Shown here: in pieces, positions 27,158 to 36,346 of the stretch
How positions within the stretch are numbered: the stretch's first letter is position 1
Layout of the letters: every line of letters starts with the position of its first letter
Assembly: GCA_038227875.1 (NCBI GenBank)
Contig: JBBRPR010000010.1
Location: forward strand, 1 to 64,000
Source of the DNA: Planctomycetota bacterium
GTDB taxonomy: Bacteria > Planctomycetota > SZUA-567 > H5-PLA8
Length of the DNA stretch: 64,000 nt
Direction of reading: 5' to 3'
The notes under the pieces: generated by a model
Told to the model about the DNA's origin: nothing
Database searches by the model: none
The model's input: only the letters and a program-made list of their open reading frames with translations
Translations under genes and position numbers: made by a program

Positions 27158-28969
27158 TTATGGGTGGGACTGCATCAGCTGATAAAGATCGCTTCGCACC
27201 GGATCCCCCGCCGGAACCGCGTCCAGTGCCTGCTTGAGACCCGCATCGCAATTCGCGGCGCCTTGGGTGTTGCCGGCTTGAGTAAACTTCAACTTCAACG
27301 CGAGCAGTGAGCGGGCGCGATCGAGCCAAAGGAAGGTTTGTTCCGGCGTCAGCGCCAGCGCGCCTTCGAAAAATTTCAGCGCCTGTTCGTCGTTGCCGGC
27401 GTCGTGAGCGATCAGGCCCTTCATGCGCAGCACGGTGGAGCCCAGTGCGCGGTCGAGGCCCTGAGGTGAAGTGCGCGCGTTGTTGAGTTGCTTCGCGGCG
27501 TCGTCGGCGCGTCCGTGTTCGTAGTAAGCGCGGGCCAGCCAGACGTACGAACTGCTCACCAGGCGCGAGCGCTCGAAATTCGTGCCGGCGATGCCGGCTT
27601 CGAGTTCGTGCATCTCCCGATCACGTGTGACGCGTTCGCCGGCGGCGTCTCCCGCGGCGAATTGGCGATCGCCCTTGCGGCGCAGAAGCTGCGCGAGAAT
27701 GAGGTGGCTGAGCGCGCCGGCCGGTTCTTTCTCCGCCGCGTCCGTGAATAACACTTCGGTGCTGGCGAAGAGGTAGCTGCGGGACGCACTGCCCAGTGCC
27801 AGCGCGAGCGCGAGCACGGCCAGCGAAGGGACCGCGAAGCGTCCCAGATTCAGTTTTGGCAATCGCTCGGCCACGCCTTCCAGTGTCAACCCGAGCACCA
27901 TCCAGAACGCCGGCGCCGAAAGGTACGCGTGGCAGTCTTCCATCAGATTGTTCTTGCCGACGAAATTCAGAGCCGGTCCGAGCGCGCCGACAAACCAGAG
28001 CCAGCCGAAGAGCACCATTCGTCGGCGCTCGCGGCCGGCGAAGTAGAGCGTGCCGCCGACGACGAACGTCAGAAACGCGACCGCGATCCACAGGCGGGAG
28101 TCGGCGAGGCTGAAGACGCCGGCGAGGCCGTATTCCGCCGCGAGCCGGAACGGCCAGACATAGTTAATGATGTAGCGTTGAAGCACCGGGAGGTCGCTGA
28201 GCGCCACCGTAAAGAGCGAACCGCCGATAGGTGGCAGCGATACCGGGCTGAGCACGTGGACTTGATTCCAGAGCGCAACGGCCGCGGCAACCACCCACGG
28301 TGCGAGTTTCAGCAACGCTTCGCGCGGGGAACTGTAACGTGGCCCCGTCGTCTCTTTGAGCGTGGGGCGGCCGAGAATTTCCCAGACGATTACAATCGGC
28401 AACAGACCGAACGCGGAGGGTTTGGAGAGCAGCGCGAGAACGTGAAGCAGTGCCGATCCGGCGATGTGCTTGGGCGTGCTGCCCCGCATGTATACGCCGA
28501 TTGCCGCGAAACCGAAACCGGCGGCGAGCATCGATTTCCGTTCGATCGGCCAGCAGACTGCATGGCAGGCCGTGGGATGCAGCGCAAAAGCGATCGTGAC
28601 AAACGCGGCAACGCCCGGACTGAGACCCAAGCCGCACATCAGCCACCAGACCAACAGCGCGACGCCCACATGGAACAGCAGATTCACCGCGCGAATCGCC
28701 GCCGGCCAGGCGTTCTCACCCGCGATGCCAGTGAACAGTGGCGCGATGAACGTGCGATCGATGCGCAGCGAAAGGTAATTCAGCGGCATGTAAAGCGGAT
28801 CGAGGTCGCGGCAGAAAACGTCCGACCATGGCGCGTCTGGCTGCAGGGCGGGATTCTGGTTGATGAAGAGTTGGTCGTCGAGTTCCGAGAACGGCGCGGT
28901 CAGGCAGCCCCAGAGGAGGAGAGGAGAGAGGATGAGAAGTAGTAGTGGGTATCGAGGTGAAGCGGACAT
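27158..28969 (-). CDS. TMTC-like GT-C membrane glycosyltransferase with C-terminal TPRs
   Basis: First-loop DD motif (FSELDDQLFINQNP), NLLFH, FALHP..AVCW..ER, LALLSK, many TMs, TPR tail. Confidence 0.75.
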   Translation of the reverse strand: MSASPRYPLLLLILSPLLLWGCLTAPFSELDDQLFINQNPALQPDAPWSDVFCRDLDPLYMPLNYLSLRIDRTFIAPLFTGIAGENAWPAAIRAVNLLFHVGVALLVWWLMCGLGLSPGVAAFVTIAFALHPTACHAVCWPIERKSMLAAGFGFAAIGVYMRGSTPKHIAGSALLHVLALLSKPSAFGLLPIVIVWEILGRPTLKETTGPRYSSPREALLKLAPWVVAAAVALWNQVHVLSPVSLPPIGGSLFTVALSDLPVLQRYIINYVWPFRLAAEYGLAGVFSLADSRLWIAVAFLTFVVGGTLYFAGRERRRMVLFGWLWFVGALGPALNFVGKNNLMEDCHAYLSAPAFWMVLGLTLEGVAERLPKLNLGRFAVPSLAVLALALALGSASRSYLFASTEVLFTDAAEKEPAGALSHLILAQLLRRKGDRQFAAGDAAGERVTRDREMHELEAGIAGTNFERSRLVSSSYVWLARAYYEHGRADDAAKQLNNARTSPQGLDRALGSTVLRMKGLIAHDAGNDEQALKFFEGALALTPEQTFLWLDRARSLLALKLKFTQAGNTQGAANCDAGLKQALDAVPAGDPVRSDLYQLMQSHP

Positions 28970-29008
28970 GGACGAAGTATCGCCAATTCTGACTTCTGTG
29001 CGCAAGCA

Positions 29009-29095
29009 TAGTTTTGAGTTGTGAGTTTTAAGTTTTGAGTTGTGCTTGGCCTTCGCGAACTCAACTCAAAACTAAAAACTCAACACTCAAAACTA
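29009..29095. repeat. inverted pair of 7-bp repeat arrays (same family as 26195-26289)
   Basis: TAGTTTTGAGTTGTGAGTTTTAAGTTTTGAGTT, short spacer, AACTCAAAACTAAAAACTCAACACTCAAAACTA. Confidence 0.85.
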
Positions 29096-29103
29096 CTGGA
29101 GAA

Positions 29104-30192
29104 TTATCCCACCGGTGCTTCCGCCGACCCGACGAGGTTGCGGATCGAAATCTGTGCGGCGAGTTTCTCCGCGGCGGCGATGAAGGCTTTCGACGCAATT
29201 GAATTGGGATTGGAATGGACGATCGGCACGCCGGCGTCGCCGCTTTCGCAGACGCTGGGGTCGATGGGGATTGCGCCGAGGAACGGGATGCCCATGTCTC
29301 CGGCTGCTTTTTCGCCGCCACCTTTGGAGAAAATATCGATGCGCTTGCCGGTCGCCGGATCGGTGTAGCCCGACATGTTTTCAATCAGGCCCAGCAGTGG
29401 AATCTTGGTCTGGTCGAACATCGCCTTGGCGCGGATCACGTCTGCGACGGATACCTGCTGCGGCGTGGTGACCAGCACCGCGCCGGTCGTGCAGCAATTC
29501 TGCGCGATCGAGAGCATCACGTCACCGGTGCCCGGCGGCAGGTCGACGACGAGGTAATCGGCTTCGCTCCACGTCACGTCTTTAAAGAACTGGACCATGA
29601 TGCCGTTGAGAATCGGCCCGCGCCAGACCATGGCCTGATTGGCTTCAACCAGGAAGCCCATCGACATGATTTCCATATCGAAAGCCTTGAGCGGATGAAT
29701 TTTATTTTCGTTGGCGATCTTCGGTTTCTCGTGGATGCCGGTCATGATCGGAATCGACGGCCCGTAGATGTCCGCGTCGAGCAGCGCGACGCTGGCGCCG
29801 AGTTTTCGCAGCGCCATCGCCAGGTTGATCGCGCAGGTCGACTTGCCCACGCCGCCTTTGCCCGCGCCGACGAGGATCACGTTCTTGATCTGTGGGATGA
29901 GATTCTCGGCTTCGTTGTTCACGGGCACTTCAAGCCGCCGCACCTTGCCGGTCATGTTCAGGACGAGCTCCGTGACTTCCGGCAGCATCTCCTTGACCTT
30001 GTCGCGAATGTCCTTTTCGATCTTCTCTTTGACCGGGCAGGCCGGGGTGGTGAGCTCGCAGGTGAAGCTGAGCTTGGTGTTCTCGATGACGATGTCCTTG
30101 ATCATCCCCATGGAGACAATCGAGCTCCCGAGATCGGGATCTTTGACGTCTTCGAGAGCTTTCAAGAGTCGGTCGGCGGTGATCGCTGGCAT
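29104..30192 (-). CDS. mrp: Mrp/NBP35 (ApbC) Fe-S cluster carrier ATPase
   Basis: N-terminal DUF59 (VKDPDLG..TTPACP), GKGGVGKST, DADIYGPS, WRGP, DLPPGTGD. Confidence 0.93.
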   Translation of the reverse strand: MPAITADRLLKALEDVKDPDLGSSIVSMGMIKDIVIENTKLSFTCELTTPACPVKEKIEKDIRDKVKEMLPEVTELVLNMTGKVRRLEVPVNNEAENLIPQIKNVILVGAGKGGVGKSTCAINLAMALRKLGASVALLDADIYGPSIPIMTGIHEKPKIANENKIHPLKAFDMEIMSMGFLVEANQAMVWRGPILNGIMVQFFKDVTWSEADYLVVDLPPGTGDVMLSIAQNCCTTGAVLVTTPQQVSVADVIRAKAMFDQTKIPLLGLIENMSGYTDPATGKRIDIFSKGGGEKAAGDMGIPFLGAIPIDPSVCESGDAGVPIVHSNPNSIASKAFIAAAEKLAAQISIRNLVGSAEAPVG

Positions 30193-30290
30193 GTATGAGA
30201 GGATAGCTTCAACGGGGCGGTGAATCAACCGCAGGCGGATGGCAGCAGTTCGCTTTCCCAATCCCCCTCTTTATGTTAAAACCTCCTCCC

Positions 30291-31784
30291 ATGCTCGACG
30301 ACACCAAACCTGCTCCGTCTCCCGCGACTCATGACCATGCTCACGATCCTGTGCGCGGGGTGGAATCGCCGGATCACGATCCGGATCATTGCGGCACCGA
30401 CGGGGCTATTTATGCGCCCGCGCCATTCGCTCAGGCCGGGACTCCCAACCATCCGCTCGTGGCTGGGACGCGCGTACATCTGCTTACGTTTGGCTGCCAG
30501 ATGAACCGCTATGACTCGGAGATGGTCGCCGGCCTGCTCAACGAGCGCGGCGCGGCGTTTGTCGAAGATCCCGAGCAGGCACAGTTGCTGATCATGAACA
30601 CCTGTTCCGTCCGCGGGCACGCCGAGGATCGCGTCTACAATCGCCTGCACGTCCTTCGTGAACGGAAGCGCAACGACCCAAGCTTCATACTGGCGGTGAT
30701 GGGCTGCATGGCGCAGAAGGAAGGCGAACAGATCGCCAAGAAATTTCCGTGGGTCGATTTGATCGTCGGCACGCGGATGATCGACGAATTTCCAAAGCTG
30801 CTCGAACGCGTCCGCGAAGGCGCGCACACACCGCTGCTGGCGATCGAGCAGAAGCCGGACGTTAAATTCGGCGAGACCGTCGCGCGGCGCGACAGCAAGT
30901 TCATGGCGTTTCTCACGATCACGCGCGGCTGCAACAAACGCTGCACGTACTGCGTGGTGCCGTATACGCGCGGGCCGGAAGTCAGCCGTTCGATCGACGA
31001 CGTGGTCGCGGAAGCGCGGCGGCTGGTCGACGACGGCGTGGTCGAGATCATGCTGCTGGGCCAGACCATCGATACATACGGCAAGGATCTCAATGACGGC
31101 ACCAATCTCTGGTCGCTGCTGCGCGCGCTGCATCCGATCGCGGGTTTAAAGCGCATCCGTTTCATCACCAGCCATCCGGAAGAGTGCCGCGAAGAACTGT
31201 TCGTGGCGATGGCGGAGCTCTCCGACAAGGTCATGCCGTTCATCCACATGCCGCCGCAGAGCGGATCGGACCGGATGCTGCGGCGCATGAAGCGCGGTTA
31301 CAAGCGCGAGCGTTACCTCGACGTGGTGAAGACGGCGCGCCGCGCGTGCCCGGAGATCGAATTCTGTGGCGACTGGATCGTCGGGTTCTCCGGCGAGACG
31401 GAAGAAGATTTCGAGCAGTCGTTGTCGCTGATGGAAGAAGTGCGCTTCCAGAACAGCTATGTCTTCAAATACTCCGTGCGCGAAGGCACGCCGGCCGAGA
31501 AGCTGCCGGACGATATCCCTGAGGACGTGAAGAAGGCGCGGCACGTCCGGATTTCCGATCTTCAGGAAAGGCATTCGCTCGAGAAGAACCTCGCCCGCAT
31601 CGGCAAAATCGAAGAGGTGCTCGTCGAAGGCCCGAGCAAAAGCGACGCGGCGAAGTTGACTGGCCGTACGCGTTCGCACCGGCTGATCCACTTCGCCGGC
31701 GATGTGGCGCTGGTCGGAACGCTGGTGAATGTGAAGGTGCTCAGCGCGACAGCGCTGTATCTTCAGGGCGAGCTCCAGTCGTAA
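30291..31784 (+). CDS. miaB: tRNA-2-methylthio-N6-dimethylallyladenosine synthase
   Basis: TFGCQMN, NTCSVR, GCMAQ, GCNKRCTYCVVP, RFITSHP, TRAM domain. Alternative start at 30273. Confidence 0.95.
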   Translation: MLDDTKPAPSPATHDHAHDPVRGVESPDHDPDHCGTDGAIYAPAPFAQAGTPNHPLVAGTRVHLLTFGCQMNRYDSEMVAGLLNERGAAFVEDPEQAQLLIMNTCSVRGHAEDRVYNRLHVLRERKRNDPSFILAVMGCMAQKEGEQIAKKFPWVDLIVGTRMIDEFPKLLERVREGAHTPLLAIEQKPDVKFGETVARRDSKFMAFLTITRGCNKRCTYCVVPYTRGPEVSRSIDDVVAEARRLVDDGVVEIMLLGQTIDTYGKDLNDGTNLWSLLRALHPIAGLKRIRFITSHPEECREELFVAMAELSDKVMPFIHMPPQSGSDRMLRRMKRGYKRERYLDVVKTARRACPEIEFCGDWIVGFSGETEEDFEQSLSLMEEVRFQNSYVFKYSVREGTPAEKLPDDIPEDVKKARHVRISDLQERHSLEKNLARIGKIEEVLVEGPSKSDAAKLTGRTRSHRLIHFAGDVALVGTLVNVKVLSATALYLQGELQS

Positions 31785-31786
31785 AG

Positions 31787-31821
31787 CGAATCCCGAATCC
31801 CGATTCCCGATTCCCCAATCC
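31787..31821. repeat. 7-bp tandem repeat (CGAATCC family, 5 units)
   Basis: CGAATCC CGAATCC CGATTCC CGATTCC CCAATCC. Confidence 0.8.
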
Positions 31822-31875
31822 CGCTGTTACCCACTTTTACTTCACTCTCGGCGCGAATTGTTTAAGGTCTCGACC

Positions 31876-33009
31876 ATGGCAAACATGACCAACGAACCAC
31901 CGATTTCAATTCCGCTGATGGATCTCGGCGGCCAGATTCGCCCGTTGAAGGCCGAACTGCTCGAGAAGTTTTCACAGGCGCTCGACAAGACCGCATTCTG
32001 TCTCGGGCCGGAAGTCGAAGCGTTCGAGCGTGAGTTCGCGGCGTATTCGGGCAGCACGCACGGCGTCGGGATGAATTCCGGCACGTCCGCGCTTCATCTG
32101 GCGCTGCTGGCGCTGGGCGTGAAGCCTGGCGACGAAGTCGTGACGACGCCGTACACGTTTGTGGCGACGGCGTGGGCGATTTCGTACTGCGGAGCCAAGC
32201 CGGTTTTCGCGGACATTGCGCCGGGAACGTTCCTGATCGACCCGGCCGCCGTCAAAGCCGCGATCACGCCGAAAACGAAAGCGGTGATCGGCGTGCATCT
32301 CTACGGCCAGCCGTTCGACCTCGAACCAATGCTGGACGTCTGCAAGCAGAAGGGCCTGCCGCTGGTTGAAGATGCGGCGCAGGCGCACGGAGCGCTCTAT
32401 AAGGGGCAAAAGGTCGGTTCGTTTGGCGACATCGCCGCGTTCAGTTTTTATCCGAGCAAAAATCTCGGCGCATGCGGCGAAGCAGGGATGGCGGTAACCA
32501 AAGACGCAAAGCTCGCCGCCAGCATGCGAGCGCTGCGCGAACACGGCTCGGTGAAGCGCTATTACCACGATACCGTCGGCTTCAACTACCGCATGGAAGG
32601 CCTGCAAGGCTGCGCGCTACGCGTCAAGTTGCCGCATCTCGATGGCTGGAACGCCCGGCGTCAGGCCCTCGCGAAATTGTACGACACGTTGCTGGAAGGC
32701 AGCGCTGTCGAACGTCCGCGCGTCTCGCCCGATCGCACGCACGTCTACCATCTGTACGTGGTCCGTCACAAGCGCCGCGACGAGCTGAGCGCCGCGCTCC
32801 GTGCGCAGGGCATCGGCTCGGGCATGCACTATCCGTTACCGCTCCACCTGCAGCAGGCGTACGCGGAGCTCGGACTGAAGGAAGGCTCATTTTCGCACGC
32901 CGAAGCCGCGTCGCGCGAATGCCTGAGCTTGCCGCTGTTCCCGGAACTGACGGATGAGCAGGTAAAGACAGTGGCGCAGGCGGTCATTAAATGGGGGAAG
33001 TCGCAATGA
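31876..33009 (+). CDS. DegT/DnrJ/EryC1/StrS PLP aminotransferase
   Basis: NSGTSALH, VHLYGQ, EDAAQAHG, FSFYPSKNLG, GFNYRM. Confidence 0.93.
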   Translation: MANMTNEPPISIPLMDLGGQIRPLKAELLEKFSQALDKTAFCLGPEVEAFEREFAAYSGSTHGVGMNSGTSALHLALLALGVKPGDEVVTTPYTFVATAWAISYCGAKPVFADIAPGTFLIDPAAVKAAITPKTKAVIGVHLYGQPFDLEPMLDVCKQKGLPLVEDAAQAHGALYKGQKVGSFGDIAAFSFYPSKNLGACGEAGMAVTKDAKLAASMRALREHGSVKRYYHDTVGFNYRMEGLQGCALRVKLPHLDGWNARRQALAKLYDTLLEGSAVERPRVSPDRTHVYHLYVVRHKRRDELSAALRAQGIGSGMHYPLPLHLQQAYAELGLKEGSFSHAEAASRECLSLPLFPELTDEQVKTVAQAVIKWGKSQ

Positions 33010-34208
33010 AGTTCGTAGTCATCTGTCCCGACGGCGGTTCCGATTGGCCGATTGCTTCGCTGGGAAACAAGACGCCGCTGGAGGCGGGGAAACTGCCGAA
33101 TCTCGCGCGGCTGGCCGCCGAAGGCACAGTCGGCCGGGCGATGCATATTCCGCCGGGCATGGACAACGGGTCGGACATCTGCTGCATGTCGCTGCTGGGT
33201 TTCGATCCCGCTCGCTACCACACGGGCCGCGCGCCGCTTGAAGCGAAGTCGATGAACGTGCCGCTGGAAGAAGGCGACATCGCGGTGCGCTGCAACACGG
33301 TCACGGTCGAAGACGGGATCATGGTCGACTTTACCGCCGGACACATCAAGACTGAGGAAAGCCGCCTGCTGGTTCAGGAACTGGAGTCGCACTGCTCCAA
33401 CGCGACGCTCCATTTTTACCCCGGGGTCAGCTACCGGCACCTGATGGTGGTGAAGAAACCCGGCGGCATCAAAGCGCAGTGCACGCCGCCGCACAACATC
33501 ACCGGCCGGCAGGTCGCCGATCATCTGCCGAAGGGCGAGGACGCCGCGTTCCTGATCGACCTGATGGAGCGCTCCAAGCCGCTCTTCGCAAGCCATCCGA
33601 TCAACCGCGCGCGCGTCAAGGCGGGCGATTCGCCGGCGACGCAGTGCTGGCTGTGGGGACACGGCTCGCGGCCGGAGTTGCCGCCGTTCAAGGACACGTT
33701 CGGCGTGACCGGTTCGCTGATCAGCGCCGTCGATCTGCTGCGCAGCCTTGGGCTGTACCTGGGGCTTGAGGTTCTGAACGTGCCGGGCATCACCGGGTAC
33801 ATCGACACGGATTATGCCGCGAAGGGCCGGTACGCGATCGAAGCGCTGGAGAAGGACGACTTCGTCTTCGTTCACGTGGAAGCGCCGGACGAATGCGGCC
33901 ATCAGGGCCATGCGGCGAACAAAGTGGGTGCGTTGGAGCGCATCGACAGCGACATCGTCGGGCCGATTTTGAATTCGCGCTTCGCTCAGTCGGGCGAACT
34001 GCGCATTCTTGTATGCCCCGATCATCCCACTCCCGTGGCACTGAAGACACATGCTACCGAAGCCGCGCCGTTCGTGGCGTGGGGGCCGGGCATTCCGTCG
34101 AATGGCCTGGAGTACACCGAGAGCAAGGCGAAGCTGTCGAAGGTTTACGTTGAACGCGGCTACGAATTGATGGGCAAATTCGTGCGCGGCGAATTTGCAG
34201 CCGGTTGA
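33006..34208 (+). CDS. apgM: cofactor-independent phosphoglycerate mutase, archaeal/ApgM type
   Basis: DGGSD..LGNKTPLE, GSD, GRAPLEA, HVEAPDECGH, PDHPTP, TH. Confidence 0.88.
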   Translation: MKFVVICPDGGSDWPIASLGNKTPLEAGKLPNLARLAAEGTVGRAMHIPPGMDNGSDICCMSLLGFDPARYHTGRAPLEAKSMNVPLEEGDIAVRCNTVTVEDGIMVDFTAGHIKTEESRLLVQELESHCSNATLHFYPGVSYRHLMVVKKPGGIKAQCTPPHNITGRQVADHLPKGEDAAFLIDLMERSKPLFASHPINRARVKAGDSPATQCWLWGHGSRPELPPFKDTFGVTGSLISAVDLLRSLGLYLGLEVLNVPGITGYIDTDYAAKGRYAIEALEKDDFVFVHVEAPDECGHQGHAANKVGALERIDSDIVGPILNSRFAQSGELRILVCPDHPTPVALKTHATEAAPFVAWGPGIPSNGLEYTESKAKLSKVYVERGYELMGKFVRGEFAAG

Positions 34209-34226
34209 TAGGAGCTGAAAGAAATC

Positions 34227-34574
34227 ATGGCGAACGAACACCGCGTCCCCGGAACCGGAGCTGTTTTCGCCGCCGTCTGCGGCACGGTCGAAGAGCGCAA
34301 ACGCACGATGCCCGAGAAATCCTACGTCGCGACGCTGCTGCGCAAAGGCACCGACACGATTTGCTGCAAAGTTGCCGAAGAGACCGGCGAAGTGATCAAA
34401 GCCGCGCGCGAGCAGAGCACCGAGCAGCTCACGAAGGAACTCTGCGACCTGTTTTTCCATTCGATGGTGCTGATGGCCGACAAAGGCATCTCGTTCGCCC
34501 ACATTGAGTACGAACTGGGCAAGCGGCACGGGATTTCGGGGCTCGACGAGAAGGCCGCGCGGAAGAAGAGCTAA
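34227..34574 (+). CDS. hisE: phosphoribosyl-ATP diphosphatase
   Basis: SYVATLL, KVAEETGEVIKAA, ELCDLFFH, ISGLDEKAAR. Confidence 0.92.
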   Translation: MANEHRVPGTGAVFAAVCGTVEERKRTMPEKSYVATLLRKGTDTICCKVAEETGEVIKAAREQSTEQLTKELCDLFFHSMVLMADKGISFAHIEYELGKRHGISGLDEKAARKKS

Positions 34575-34582
34575 CGTGCGCG

Positions 34583-34800
34583 AATTCAAAATTCAAAAAC
34601 GCACGCTATCTGGTGCCATGGTTGCATAAGTTTCTGAGCGTAGCGAAGAAAATTATTCATCCGTGCATTGGACGTCCCGTGATGTGAGGGAGCGCAACGC
34701 ACGGATGAGCGAACATTTTCGCTACGCTCAAATGTCCGCACATCCATGGCACCAAGTCAGCCGCGTGCGTTTTTTAATTTTGAATTTTTACTTTTGAATT
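34583..34800. repeat. ~200-nt imperfect fold-back element with 7-bp-repeat termini between convergent hisE and the nikR-like gene
   Basis: Paired blocks 34583-34606/34763-34786, 34611-34621/34744-34754, 34635-34647/34718-34730, 34657-34666/34699-34708. Confidence 0.85.
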
Positions 34801-34804
34801 GCCG

Positions 34805-35245
34805 TCACGCAGTGGTCATCACCAGCTTGCCGTGAAGGATTCCTTTGAGTGCGAGGATCGTTTCGGCCTGGGTACGGATCGCGCCGGCGGGTCCTCGGAG
34901 GACCAGGACGTCCAGTTCGTGGTGGCCGCCGAGACGCACTTGCAGCGTCGAAATCAAATTGCCGCCCATCGCGCGCTTGGATTCAGACATGCGTTTCTGG
35001 ACGTCAGCGTTCTGGTTGTCGTAGACCAGAGTGACGGTCGCCACCTGTTCGCCCTTGCCTTCCGACCAGGCTTCCTGCACGAGGCGGTCGCGGATCAGAT
35101 CGCGGATGGCTTCGGAGCGGTTTTGATTGTTGCGCTCCTGAAGATGCTGATCGAATTTTTTGAGCAGGTCGTCCGGAATGGAAATTCCAAAACGGATCAG
35201 ATCCTGTTCCTGCTGTGCGCGTTTGTTTGTCCGGCCACGTCTCAT
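34805..35245 (-). CDS. NikR-like RHH/ACT regulator lacking nickel ligands
   Basis: RFGISIPDDLL..FD..NRSEAIRDLIR RHH domain. ACT domain TLVYD...VLRG...KGILHGKL. Confidence 0.88.
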   Translation of the reverse strand: MRRGRTNKRAQQEQDLIRFGISIPDDLLKKFDQHLQERNNQNRSEAIRDLIRDRLVQEAWSEGKGEQVATVTLVYDNQNADVQKRMSESKRAMGGNLISTLQVRLGGHHELDVLVLRGPAGAIRTQAETILALKGILHGKLVMTTA

Positions 35246-35360
35246 AGTCAAAGGGCCCCCCGACCCCGTGCCAGGCTTTGTCGTTTCAGCCCGGCCCAAC
35301 CGTGCTATTCGAATGTCGTTGTGCTTCTCAGTGTATCATTCAGTTCGTTTACAGACGGTG

Positions 35361-36068
35361 TCAATTCAGCGAATAGTCCCTCGTCCCGTATTGAGTCGCC
35401 GGCGGCTTGGGCTCCAACGCCAGCAACAACTTTTCCAGCACCGACGTGATCAGCCGCGTGCGTTTAAGCACATCGGCATTTTCCATCAAGGCCTGGCGCA
35501 ATCCGGGATGATGTACGTAGACGCTCGCCAGCAGATCGGAGACAGCTCCCGGTTCCGGCCGGTCGCGCAGCACGGCTTCCATTTCTTCGGAAGCGTCGCC
35601 CTGCAGCGTGCGGCCGATCAGGGTCCGCGCCGCGCGCAACAGTTCGTCGTGTGAACGGGCCAGGTGCTTCTGCAATTCCGGCGTTTTCGGCACGTCGTCT
35701 GGAAGAGTTTCCACGCGCGCAATGCGGTAAGGCTGGTGCGGGACTTCTTCGGTGATGCGGCAGCGCGCCTGCCCGAGCACGGCAATGTTGATCGTGCCAT
35801 CCTCCTGCGGTTCGTGTGCCACCACCGTGCCGACGCCGAGGACTTCGTGGACGGGCGGTAGCGTCGTGATCAGCGATCCCGGAGGCAGGTCCGCGGGGTC
35901 TTTGAGGTGCGCCATGCCGATAAAGCGCTCCGTGGCCATCGCGTCTTCCAGCATCTTCAGGTAGCGGGGTTCAAAAACACGCAGGGGCATAACGCTTCCA
36001 GGGAAGAGCACCACTCCGGGCAACGGAAATAGAGAGACAAGCAGCGAATCTGGGAATGGCGAGGGCAT
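35361..36068 (-). CDS. LON peptidase N-terminal substrate-binding domain protein (stand-alone)
   Basis: LFPLPGVVLFPGSVMPLRVFEPRYLKM, DGTINI..G..R, PYRIARV. Confidence 0.9.
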   Translation of the reverse strand: MPSPFPDSLLVSLFPLPGVVLFPGSVMPLRVFEPRYLKMLEDAMATERFIGMAHLKDPADLPPGSLITTLPPVHEVLGVGTVVAHEPQEDGTINIAVLGQARCRITEEVPHQPYRIARVETLPDDVPKTPELQKHLARSHDELLRAARTLIGRTLQGDASEEMEAVLRDRPEPGAVSDLLASVYVHHPGLRQALMENADVLKRTRLITSVLEKLLLALEPKPPATQYGTRDYSLN

Positions 36069-36201
36069 GCGGTCTTTGTCCTACATGCGCCACGCGCTCA
36101 AAGCGCCAAGGTCGGCGAATGGGGCTATTTTTTGGCCCGGAACTCCCGGGCTCTACCCGGCGCCAGCACATTCCGGGCGGCATCAAAATCACAGGGCACT
36201 C

Positions 36202-36230
36202 AAGGTAGGCTTTGCCACCGTGCGTGTCAA
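36202..36230 (-). promoter_or_regulatory. sigma70-type promoter for the LON-domain gene
   Basis: Minus strand TTGACA-17 bp-TACCTT. Confidence 0.55.
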
Positions 36231-36290
36231 GAAGTACTGCCTGCGTAGCACTGATTTTCTTGACAGAAGTTTTTCCTCGTTGCTCAAAAG

Positions 36291-36319
36291 CACAAGGGCG
36301 CGAAATTCGCGCCCTTGTG
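36291..36319 (-). terminator. intrinsic terminator after the kinase gene
   Basis: CACAAGGGCGCGAA-A-TTCGCGCCCTTGTG hairpin, followed on the minus strand by CTTTT. Confidence 0.65.
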
Positions 36320-36346
36320 TAGACAACCTGACAAACATGAATTTTC

